In this document: positions 56,157 to 64,000 of the stretch, piece after piece
How the letters are laid out: each line of letters begins with the position of its first letter
Numbering within the stretch: position 1 is the stretch's first letter
Virus record (IMG/VR): IMGVR_UViG_3300032401_000010
Reading direction: 5' to 3' (one strand)
Origin: a virus
Length of the DNA stretch: 64,000 nt
Notes under the pieces: model-generated
The model's input: the letters and a program-made list of their open reading frames with translations, nothing else
Told to the model about the DNA's origin: nothing
Databases searched by the model: none
Translations under genes and position numbers: made by a program

Positions 56157-57332
56157 TTAAAAACAATTCCACATTTGACCAGTCGTAGGATAATAGAACC
56201 CGAAGATGTTACACATTTCATCCTTGGTAGTATCACCAAACGTCACGGTATTGTTTAGATCATTCTGATACTCACACTCGAAAGAAACATTTTCTCCCGG
56301 CATAACCTTAAGATAACCAGTCTTAGCTCCCCAATCTTGCCCAGCAGCTAAAGGCAAAATTGGATTTGAAGTGCCGTCCCTAAACATTGCCTCGCCCGGC
56401 TCATGCCAATTATGCGTTTCATAAACAAGCTCATCCTGATGCCATAATGAAAGCCTCTGTAAACGCCTATGAGCATGACCAGTAACTAATCCAAGATAAA
56501 CTGGGTCTGTAGTTGATGGAGACTTGCATGTTACACGAGGAGTTACGTAATGAGCTAAAGAAGGAATGTTAATGTTTGGATTGTAAAACCCAATCAAATC
56601 AATCTTAACTTTAACTTCAGAAGGATCTACATATTTAATTACGGCCCAAGCTTCTCGAAGAATTGGTTGATCAGATGTATTTACATAATGCAAATCCATA
56701 AGCATGGTTTGCTCTGCTGGTAAATCATGAGCAGCGCCATAATCAGGATCGCCCGGTTGTGAAGGATCTCCACCGCCAGTAAGAGCCTCTACATCAATCT
56801 GAGGAGACTGAGAACCAAACACCCAACGATCAATTGGATTTGGTGGACAAACATAAGGTTTTGCTTCTGGTTGATAAGAAGCTTTCGGCATTGTTACAAT
56901 CCAATGATGAGAACTTGGACGCATCCTGCCATGATACGAATTATAATATTCGGGATCTATATTGGTTGTATTAGCATGAATGCAGAACTCTTCTTCGCCT
57001 CCTGGCGCTAATATATAAGGAGCGAGAGCATCAGGATCATCATAACTACTTGGGCCGAAATGAATTAGCTGACCTACTGATGGATCTGGTTTACAGAGAG
57101 CTGACTCATCGCCAGAATATCCAGTGCTGGCTTTGCAAAGAATTGCCCCAAATGAATCTACACAACGAGCAGGTTGTTTAGATATGTCGTTACCGCATGG
57201 AGGATCTACTTTATCTCCTACTACGCCGGTTCCAGCTTCATCACTTCCGTCATTAACGTTATTAGTGTTAACGACCGAGTTGTTATTACAAGCCATTAAT
57301 AAGAAACAAATAGATGTTAATATTTTTTTCAT
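56157..57332 (-). CDS. putative secreted lipoprotein
   Basis: Lipobox MKKILTSICFLLMAC, and several His-rich segments (HAHRRLQRLSLWHQDE). Confidence 0.45.
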   Translation of the reverse strand: MKKILTSICFLLMACNNNSVVNTNNVNDGSDEAGTGVVGDKVDPPCGNDISKQPARCVDSFGAILCKASTGYSGDESALCKPDPSVGQLIHFGPSSYDDPDALAPYILAPGGEEEFCIHANTTNIDPEYYNSYHGRMRPSSHHWIVTMPKASYQPEAKPYVCPPNPIDRWVFGSQSPQIDVEALTGGGDPSQPGDPDYGAAHDLPAEQTMLMDLHYVNTSDQPILREAWAVIKYVDPSEVKVKIDLIGFYNPNINIPSLAHYVTPRVTCKSPSTTDPVYLGLVTGHAHRRLQRLSLWHQDELVYETHNWHEPGEAMFRDGTSNPILPLAAGQDWGAKTGYLKVMPGENVSFECEYQNDLNNTVTFGDTTKDEMCNIFGFYYPTTGQMWNCF

Positions 57333-57442
57333 TATACCTTTTATATAAATTGTTAACGATTCTCGACTGTTATATATTTATAGTTTTATAGAAACTATGT
57401 TAAAATAATAGTGGTGCAGATAATTGATTGCACCTTTCAGTT

Positions 57443-57934
57443 TTATTCAGTTTGTATCAAGTCCTTTAATCTTCTTTGTAAGGATGAGATGTCTTGCTGA
57501 ATTCTCAACAACTCTTCTTCTTTATTAATATCATTTCGTTTCGCCCAATTAGAATCTTCTTGATTATAATTTTCTAATTGTTCTTGTTCATTTTGTTTTT
57601 TAACATGAACAACTTCTATATTTAAATAGTCATTTGAAAAAGACGCAGTAAAGAATACATCTTTCTCATCAAAGTTATATTCCTTAATCAAGGCGTTAAT
57701 ATCTTTAAGACAAATGCAATTATTATCACCTAAACTTCCGATATATTCTGGACAATTTTCAGGTTCTTCTTCTTCCCATTCGTAAAAATTATTACCTGTG
57801 CTATAACCAGGCCAATGATTAACACGATCTCTAGCGGCAGTTATATTTTCAATCCGAAATTCGTAAGCCCCTGAACCAATCACTGGAGGCCTATCATGCC
57901 AGGTTCTTTCTCGCCTAAGCTTTAGCTTTTTCAT
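57443..57934 (-). CDS. hypothetical protein
   Basis: 163-aa ORF. Confidence 0.4.
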   Translation of the reverse strand: MKKLKLRRERTWHDRPPVIGSGAYEFRIENITAARDRVNHWPGYSTGNNFYEWEEEEPENCPEYIGSLGDNNCICLKDINALIKEYNFDEKDVFFTASFSNDYLNIEVVHVKKQNEQEQLENYNQEDSNWAKRNDINKEEELLRIQQDISSLQRRLKDLIQTE

Positions 57935-58143
57935 TATTTGTTAAACCATACAACATGAGTATATGTTTGATCTATGTTTGGTAGATCTATTTGTTCGTCA
58001 GTCATCTCTGACGATGTAGCATAATAGCCATTGCCATCATAACCATTATAACTACCAGATCGCACTGCTTTAGAAAACTCTTCCAAGGTCATGTGTTCCC
58101 CGTAATCAGGTATTGGTTCCATCCGTCTCGGCTTACTGAGCAA
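57934..58143 (-). CDS. hypothetical small protein
   Basis: 69-aa ORF. Confidence 0.3.
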   Translation of the reverse strand: MLSKPRRMEPIPDYGEHMTLEEFSKAVRSGSYNGYDGNGYYATSSEMTDEQIDLPNIDQTYTHVVWFNK

Positions 58144-59470
58144 TCGATTTAACCTTTTCCTGATACCATTTCCTAGCAGCTTCCATAACTGGCCTATTTA
58201 CTTTAGCCCAGTCAAGATTAGAAGCTTCAAGTTCAGCTCCGCTTTCCTTCTGCACGTCAGCCGTAATCCACTTTAAGAAGGCGCCTGTGAGCTTGGCATC
58301 ATACTGTCCGTTACATGCCGTAGTAACTGCCTGCTCAAGCCTTGCAGGAGTAACGAACATATCTACGAATTCATTAACGCTAGCAGCTACTTCAGGATCA
58401 ATCTGAACTGCCGCCTTCTGCTTGACTACCTTATGCTGTTCTCCTTTAGCTTTAAAAAACAGATCGTAATAATCAGAACGCATTATTACATTTGTATCAT
58501 CTTTTTTCAAAGGATATAAAACAATGCCTTCCCCGATCCCCTCTACATGGAAAACAGATTTAACCCAAGGATCACAAGCCTCAACTTTAGCCACCATCTC
58601 ATTTAGATTCTCGGCAGCCTTGCGCAACTGTTCAGTGTCTGCGAAATCTAAAACAATTTCTTCACCATACCAAGGAAGAACATATAGGTCAAGGTTAGGC
58701 AGAGAGGTGTGATCAATTAATAAATCAGCGATTGTTTTTGGCTCAGCATAATACCTGGACGTATTATCAGAGTTACCACATTGAATTGCAAACACTGCTA
58801 GAATCTTCTTGCCAATATTATTGATAGCTGTACCCTGTTGTATTGATTCTCCGCACCATTCTCCAAATACAGTTACTATTTCGTCCTTAACCATTTTCTT
58901 GAAGAAAGCCGTATTATTATCCACCCATTTAGCAAACCCAGCATTATCATTCTCTGGAGTAATAATACTGGTTCTGCTCTGAGCAAATACTTTCCCGTCA
59001 GGATGGATCTGAACAGCAGCATTCGTTCCATGCAATTTAATCTTAGCTTTGTATGTAACCGAAGGAAGTTTGTAAGACTCGCCAAGATTAGAACGAAGAT
59101 CCCCTAATCCTTTACGAACCCCAACTAACCCTTCAATCTGTGGCCAATAATGCATGCTAGCGCCAGAAGTATTCAAATCTTCTTTACAATACTCAGCAGT
59201 AACATCTGTACCAACGTCAGCTTCAGATTTACCTAATGCCATACCATACGAATGAAGTCCGCGAACCTTGGTAGAAGAAATTTTGGTTCCGTCCTTAAGT
59301 GTAGAACCACTAAGAACTATAACAACCTTATCATCAACTTCATAGATGTTCTCAAGGTTGGCTACGATTTGATTTGTTTCAAAACCTTCTGCTTCCATTT
59401 CGTATAAACGCAAAGCGTCTGCAAAAGGATGTTTCTCGGCCTTGATTACTTTCATTACTACAGCGGTCAT
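58133..59470 (-). CDS. RNA ligase with N-terminal tRNA-binding OB domain (NgrRnl/DraRnl-like)
   Basis: N-terminus VIKAEKHPFADALRLYE (tRNA-binding OB signature) and motif I KIKLHGTNAAV (KxHGTN). Confidence 0.65.
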   Translation of the reverse strand: MTAVVMKVIKAEKHPFADALRLYEMEAEGFETNQIVANLENIYEVDDKVVIVLSGSTLKDGTKISSTKVRGLHSYGMALGKSEADVGTDVTAEYCKEDLNTSGASMHYWPQIEGLVGVRKGLGDLRSNLGESYKLPSVTYKAKIKLHGTNAAVQIHPDGKVFAQSRTSIITPENDNAGFAKWVDNNTAFFKKMVKDEIVTVFGEWCGESIQQGTAINNIGKKILAVFAIQCGNSDNTSRYYAEPKTIADLLIDHTSLPNLDLYVLPWYGEEIVLDFADTEQLRKAAENLNEMVAKVEACDPWVKSVFHVEGIGEGIVLYPLKKDDTNVIMRSDYYDLFFKAKGEQHKVVKQKAAVQIDPEVAASVNEFVDMFVTPARLEQAVTTACNGQYDAKLTGAFLKWITADVQKESGAELEASNLDWAKVNRPVMEAARKWYQEKVKSIAQ

Positions 59471-59606
59471 TTTTTTACCCTTCTTTTAATTTCTACAAAG
59501 CTGTTCAGCAATTTTAGATTTCACACATAAGAAGTATTCCAATGCATGAGGTTTGCGACCGGCGTATTTATAACTGCTGAACAGCTTTTTAAAAAGTAAA
59601 TTACTA

Positions 59607-60101
59607 TTACGTTAAATGATTATAAACTTGTCTCATTTCTCTTAGTTCGTTGTTGTCTAATTCTTTAGCCATCTTAATAGAATTACATATTTCGCACATT
59701 GTTTGATAGTTATTGATATTATCTTTACCACCCTTCGAGCGCGGAACGATATGATCCTTAGTCATCAGGATAAGATAATCGTTTTCTACAGCATACAAAT
59801 TAAAATGAGCAACACTTGGTTCATGATTATGAACGCGCTCTAATAAAAATAAAGAACCTGTTAAATTACATGCGGCACATTTAAGACTATTATTAAATAT
59901 TTTATAGCGATCCGAGTTCATTTTAACTGTGAACTGAATTTCATTAACTGTATATATTTTCTTTGCGCAACGTTTATCTTGAGTAACAAACGGCAGTACA
60001 TCACCAATATTAAATTGACCTATTACAAGAAGGTTACGAGTGCCTGCGTTTAAAAAATGCTTCTTAAGTTGTGGTCGCATCATGTCAGTATAATTGCGCA
60101 T
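59607..60101 (-). CDS. HNH endonuclease
   Basis: HNH core DHIVPRSKGGKDNINNYQTMCEICN. Confidence 0.6.
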   Translation of the reverse strand: MRNYTDMMRPQLKKHFLNAGTRNLLVIGQFNIGDVLPFVTQDKRCAKKIYTVNEIQFTVKMNSDRYKIFNNSLKCAACNLTGSLFLLERVHNHEPSVAHFNLYAVENDYLILMTKDHIVPRSKGGKDNINNYQTMCEICNSIKMAKELDNNELREMRQVYNHLT

Positions 60102-60123
60102 AGGAAATTGTTAACCTCTGTGG

Positions 60124-60684
60124 TTACAGATTATCTCCCCAAGCTAATATTCTTGGGGCGGTAGGCGAGTAATTAAGCATTAACTCTTCAAGGCCTCGCA
60201 AGTTCAAACCTTCAAAGAACACTTCGCGTACTGCGTCTTCGCCAAATCTATAATAGTCTTTAGGATAACGATGCACTTGTAACACAGAGCGACTTTGTTC
60301 AACGAAAGCTGGAACGCCAATAACTATATGGCCTTTTAACACACGCTTCATCTCAGCTAATGTTTTCCAGAAAGCCGGGTCATGTTCTAATACACTATTA
60401 CACAATACTAGATCGAAATAACCGTCTGGCCAAGGAAGGTCATGTCCGGTTCCTAATTGTATTGACCAGCCTTTATGACCAGGCCAAATAGGTAGTGCTT
60501 TATCTCCCCATCCTCCCCATCCTAGTTGTTCAGGATCTGGATTAATACCAACACATTGTGCTTCAGAAAACTTAGGCAATGTAAGGAGATTGTCGGATCT
60601 GGTTGCTCCAACCTCAAGAACTTTGACTGGATTTGGTAGACCGTCAACTATTTTGGAGATAGCCTCTCTAATTACATGATGCAT
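60124..60684 (-). CDS. class I SAM-dependent methyltransferase
   Basis: Motif I VLEVGAT and post-II DLVLCNSVLEH. Confidence 0.6.
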   Translation of the reverse strand: MHHVIREAISKIVDGLPNPVKVLEVGATRSDNLLTLPKFSEAQCVGINPDPEQLGWGGWGDKALPIWPGHKGWSIQLGTGHDLPWPDGYFDLVLCNSVLEHDPAFWKTLAEMKRVLKGHIVIGVPAFVEQSRSVLQVHRYPKDYYRFGEDAVREVFFEGLNLRGLEELMLNYSPTAPRILAWGDNL

Positions 60685-61298
60685 TATGCTGGTACTAACT
60701 GTCCTTTGTTCTTGATAATATTTTTCATAATGCCAATCATTCTATTTTTACTATTTCCTTTAAACATATTCATTGCCAATAATTCTTTTGTGCTATTTGC
60801 GTGATAACCACCTTTTCCTTTTTCAAAAGCAATTTCTATAAGAGCCAATTGTGATTTAGAAAAATATGATTTCAAAAAATAATCAAGATGATCTTGATCA
60901 AATGAACCTGATGCCGTCTCTCCAGATCTATCATATAGTGAACCGTGTATCCCTTCTAGATCTCCGAAAGTAATTTTATTAAATCGCCTAACTCCACAAA
61001 CGAACAATGCTCCAAGCGCACAAACATTACATTTAACATTTTTAATGGTGGCGCTTATTTCAGTATTATTAATGGTGTCGTTACCATCATAATATGAAAT
61101 CATTGTTTCACGATCAAATAATGGATTCTCAGACTCACACCACACTCCATTTTGAGAACGAATTGTTTTCTGTTCCAAAGCAGCAATAACATCCTTTGCA
61201 ATCATAATCCGCTTTTCAGCAGCGGTAGCCTTCTTGAACTTGGCGTTCTTCTTAACAATTTTGTTTTTCTGTGTTGTAGCTTTTTTAATAGTTGTCAT
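60684..61298 (-). CDS. hypothetical protein, paralog of 39303..40046
   Basis: Shared AEKR-IAKDV and C-x-CALG motifs with the other copy. Confidence 0.5.
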   Translation of the reverse strand: MTTIKKATTQKNKIVKKNAKFKKATAAEKRIMIAKDVIAALEQKTIRSQNGVWCESENPLFDRETMISYYDGNDTINNTEISATIKNVKCNVCALGALFVCGVRRFNKITFGDLEGIHGSLYDRSGETASGSFDQDHLDYFLKSYFSKSQLALIEIAFEKGKGGYHANSTKELLAMNMFKGNSKNRMIGIMKNIIKNKGQLVPA

Positions 61299-61678
61299 GA
61301 TGATTTGTTCCTCAGCAGATCTGTCATTACGTGATTCTTGAAAAACGTTATCGTATCTCTTGTAGACTTAAATGATTTGAATGTAATTTTCGGTTTGCCA
61401 ATTACATCAGATTTTTTTACGTCATTAACATTTATTATTTCGACAGTTGTATATCTATTTAAGATAGACAGTATTTCTTTTCTAGCTTCTTCGGTTATGC
61501 ATAACACTCTAACCTTATCAGATATAAAACATCCAGCAAATCCATTAATATGTTTTATTTTCAAAACAATACGATCTTTAAAAGGCCGAAGCTTATCTAT
61601 TTTAGATTGAGCCTTATTAAAAGATTTACGATCTATTGTTGGTAAGCTTTCCTTCTTTTTGCTATCACAAACAAACAT
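61295..61678 (-). CDS. hypothetical protein
   Basis: 127-aa ORF with a TTGACT-N16-TATGCT element 6 nt before the ATG. Confidence 0.4.
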   Translation of the reverse strand: MFVCDSKKKESLPTIDRKSFNKAQSKIDKLRPFKDRIVLKIKHINGFAGCFISDKVRVLCITEEARKEILSILNRYTTVEIINVNDVKKSDVIGKPKITFKSFKSTRDTITFFKNHVMTDLLRNKSS

Positions 61679-61716
61679 AGCTATAGCATAATCACGTCAT
61701 ACGAAAAGTCAAGCGG

Positions 61717-62160
61717 TCATCGTTTGTTTTTCTTAGTAGAATTAGTTATGTTATCTAACATCTTTTTACGATCTACATCTTGTTTAATATCAGATAAGGT
61801 TTTCTTAGGCAGTTTTTCTTTATCAAATATGCCATTATATATTTGATATTGTCCTGGTTTATCACATATCTCACCTTCTGCTATTTTAATTTTCTCTAGC
61901 GAGGCTCTACATATATTATACCAATCTCCAGCCGCTCCTGCATTAACATCAAATCTTGTTGGATAATTAAGATCGATCTCACGCATACATACGCGCACAA
62001 GTATGCTGGACTCTACAGAATCTGTTGTTAATCCATTTGGATGTGTGATTTTTGCTTTTGCTTTAACGAAGTCTCTACATTCAAGTAAGAATTCTTTACT
62101 TTTTGGTAGCCAAATGTATTTAGACCAAGAAGATCCAGAGAAAAAAGATACCCAAGTCAT
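61717..62160 (-). CDS. hypothetical protein
   Basis: 147-aa ORF. Confidence 0.4.
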   Translation of the reverse strand: MTWVSFFSGSSWSKYIWLPKSKEFLLECRDFVKAKAKITHPNGLTTDSVESSILVRVCMREIDLNYPTRFDVNAGAAGDWYNICRASLEKIKIAEGEICDKPGQYQIYNGIFDKEKLPKKTLSDIKQDVDRKKMLDNITNSTKKNKR

Positions 62161-62477
62161 CCAAACTCCGGTTCATTCATATCTTTTTTATAAGTTTCGG
62201 CATCAAACAAATGATATGGAGCGCTTTCATTTATACTATATTTATATGGCAATGGAAAATATTTATCTTTACCATAAGGAATGTTAACCCAATCTACAAG
62301 CCTAACTAGAGTGACAAACTTTTCACCATCAACAACCATGGATTCGACCGATGATGTTCCTTTTTCTCCAGCTATTACTGCATTTAAAGCATCACGAAGC
62401 GCAGTTAAAGATTCGACATCTCCAATAACCCAAGCGGCATCGTGCTCAAACATTTGCGAATGTATATGTAATAACAT
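62157..62477 (-). CDS. hypothetical protein
   Basis: 106-aa ORF with an overlapping start and stop. Confidence 0.35.
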   Translation of the reverse strand: MLLHIHSQMFEHDAAWVIGDVESLTALRDALNAVIAGEKGTSSVESMVVDGEKFVTLVRLVDWVNIPYGKDKYFPLPYKYSINESAPYHLFDAETYKKDMNEPEFG

Positions 62478-62507
62478 TTAAGTATCACAACTTCCGTTTT
62501 CAAAAGA

Positions 62508-62759
62508 TCAATGCTTCATATTTTTTGCCCATATCAAATAGGGCCAAACATCTAGCTCAAAACTTTTTGCTTTATGCCAAAGCCCATCCGGCTCAAATTG
62601 AAACAGCATCCTGCTACGAATGTTATCTCCATCGAACTTATACTCTACATATTCTCCGATAGACTTCCGCCCAATCGCTATATGTAATTTATTGATGTGT
62701 GAAATAGGGCTATGCACAAGAGCTTGTCTCATATGCTGCGGAACCGGTTTGAAACTCAT
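62508..62759 (-). CDS. hypothetical small protein
   Basis: 83-aa ORF. Confidence 0.35.
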   Translation of the reverse strand: MSFKPVPQHMRQALVHSPISHINKLHIAIGRKSIGEYVEYKFDGDNIRSRMLFQFEPDGLWHKAKSFELDVWPYLIWAKNMKH

Positions 62760-62849
62760 TGTTTATATTTGCACAAACCGGGCCAAACATTGTGACATAA
62801 ACCCTTGCTTACCTTACAGTAAGCAAGGGCTTATGCCAGCGGCTTTGGC

Positions 62850-63356
62850 TCACGCCGGAACCATTGCAGCCGTTGCAACCGTAGCAGCAAGCTTGGCCAT
62901 ACGAACTTCACGGGCATGAGCCATGTTCGCCTGACGCTTAGCCTTAACCTCAGCCGCGTGAGCAATGGAATCACTTGGCGTAGAAACAAGCTTGGACTCA
63001 CTCAGCTTGGTCATACGAACCGAACGAGCCTTTGCCATGTTTTCGCGACGCTTATCAGCGACCTCTTCCGCATGGCGCAGAGCTGGCACGTCAACCTCTC
63101 GAATGCCCGCAGCGCAGCCGCCGCGTCCACCCTTGAAGTTAGCATACTGGGTCTCTCCCATATTAAAGACGCCTCCTTCGACAGCCGCCTTTACAATTGC
63201 GTCCTGATACTCACCACCAGGAAGTCCGAACTTTTCTGCGAGCATAGAGTGAATTTCGTTTCGCTTGCAGATTCCTCCATCCTTGCAACGCTCCTGAAGA
63301 AGCTTGCACACTACCTGGATAATCGGCTGCTTGAACATACTGTTAATTCCGGTCAT
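62850..63356 (-). CDS. hypothetical protein with internal 16-aa repeat, in a GC-richer segment
   Basis: RRENMAKARSVRMTKL and RQANMAHAREVRMAKL repeat. Preferred over the overlapping plus-strand ORF because it matches the orientation of all neighbours. Confidence 0.4.
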   Translation of the reverse strand: MTGINSMFKQPIIQVVCKLLQERCKDGGICKRNEIHSMLAEKFGLPGGEYQDAIVKAAVEGGVFNMGETQYANFKGGRGGCAAGIREVDVPALRHAEEVADKRRENMAKARSVRMTKLSESKLVSTPSDSIAHAAEVKAKRQANMAHAREVRMAKLAATVATAAMVPA

Positions 63357-63411
63357 TTGATTTCTCTTTCTTTAGGGTTTTGGTTTTGGGCAGCGCCCGT
63401 TTCATTCCATA

Positions 63412-63714
63412 TCATAAGAACCATAAAATTAAAGTCAATGGGAGGGAAGGATCTTTTTTAAGGGACCGCTTGGACATCTTCTTATTGGGTCCACGAGTAT
63501 CGCTGTTTGGTCCGAGCCACCTACGGTTTAGCTCCAATAGCATCGCTGGGCTTAGCGCTTTGCTGGCAGCCTTTCCAGACCGCGATGCAAGCTCGCCCAT
63601 ATTGCCAAAATTATCTACATAAAACCTAATAGCTTTGACAAGAGTTATTATTATCTCTCTATCAGATTTATCTTTAATAAGTTTTGGTTTCATTGCAAAT
63701 GTTTTTAAAAACAA
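63412..63714 (-). CDS. hypothetical protein
   Basis: 100-aa ORF. Confidence 0.35.
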   Translation of the reverse strand: MFLKTFAMKPKLIKDKSDREIIITLVKAIRFYVDNFGNMGELASRSGKAASKALSPAMLLELNRRWLGPNSDTRGPNKKMSKRSLKKDPSLPLTLILWFL

Positions 63715-63783
63715 ATTTCTTAATGCTTTATATATAAGTCCGTAAGTTTTATTAATGCTTCATATATGAATCATAGATCGGAT

Positions 63784-63993
63784 TCATGAATACGTTTTAA
63801 TAAAATCTTTTTCTACTATTGTTTGGCGCGTTGCTACCATTTGATCAAACCTTCCTGATGAACTCAAACAGTATTGTCCCCATCTAATAAGAGGAGTTTT
63901 TCCTTTTAACCAACGCTTTGCCAATACAACTGGAGAACTATTAACACTAGGATACTCTCCTGGACAATGCACAACTTTGTTTATACGAAACAA
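63784..63993 (-). CDS. hypothetical small protein
   Basis: 69-aa ORF near the window end. Confidence 0.3.
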   Translation of the reverse strand: MFRINKVVHCPGEYPSVNSSPVVLAKRWLKGKTPLIRWGQYCLSSSGRFDQMVATRQTIVEKDFIKTYS

Positions 63994-64000
63994 AGCTGTA

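Noticed and set aside
62916-63461. Plus-strand 181-aa ORF overlapping 62850..63356
   Set aside because: Opposite to the orientation of every neighbouring gene, Ser/Leu-rich and probably the antisense of an Ala/Arg-rich protein. The minus-strand ORF with an internal protein-like repeat is preferred.
1-64000. CRISPR arrays, rRNA genes, integrase/attachment sites and large structural (capsid/tail) genes
   Set aside because: No regularly spaced repeats, rRNA-like conserved blocks, tyrosine or serine recombinase motifs, or recognisable virion protein signatures were seen in this window.

Overview
This window reads as an accessory, non-structural region of a large AT-rich (roughly 34% GC) tailed bacteriophage, probably a jumbo phage. 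More than 80 ORFs are tightly packed or overlapping, almost all on the minus strand. Phage identity rests on sigma70-like promoters, AGGAG ribosome-binding sites, three HNH endonucleases, an rIIA/rIIB-like pair, a tRNA and a tmRNA-like RNA; no virion or replication core genes are visible. Three themes stand out. First, an unusually large RNA/tRNA end-repair toolkit: five RNA-ligase-family genes (one T4 Rnl1-like, two small Rnl2-like, two with an N-terminal tRNA-binding OB domain), a Thg1-like 3'-5' polymerase, two calcineurin-like phosphoesterases, a Nudix hydrolase and an NAD-dependent DNA ligase, alongside tRNA-Thr(UGU), a tmRNA-like RNA with an odd short tag, and a non-canonical tRNA-like element. 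Second, an NAD+/ADP-ribose toolkit: a NADAR/YbiA-like gene at the window edge, a macro-domain gene, an ADP-ribosyltransferase-fold gene, a nicotinamidase-like gene, a glutamine-dependent NAD synthetase and the Nudix gene. Third, a membrane/ATPase block: an SPFH-flotillin plus NfeD-like pair, followed by a vWA/metallopeptidase-like gene and a MoxR AAA+ ATPase. Also present: a peptidoglycan transglycosylase-domain secreted protein, protein-kinase-like, PP2C-like, Dps-like and H1-like genes, GC-rich islands, a recurring promoter motif (CTTGACTTTT-N13-TAnnnT) that often sits about 6 nt from the start codon, and several tandem or inverted repeats. Coordinates of non-ORF features are read from the printed sequence and may be off by 1-2 nt.
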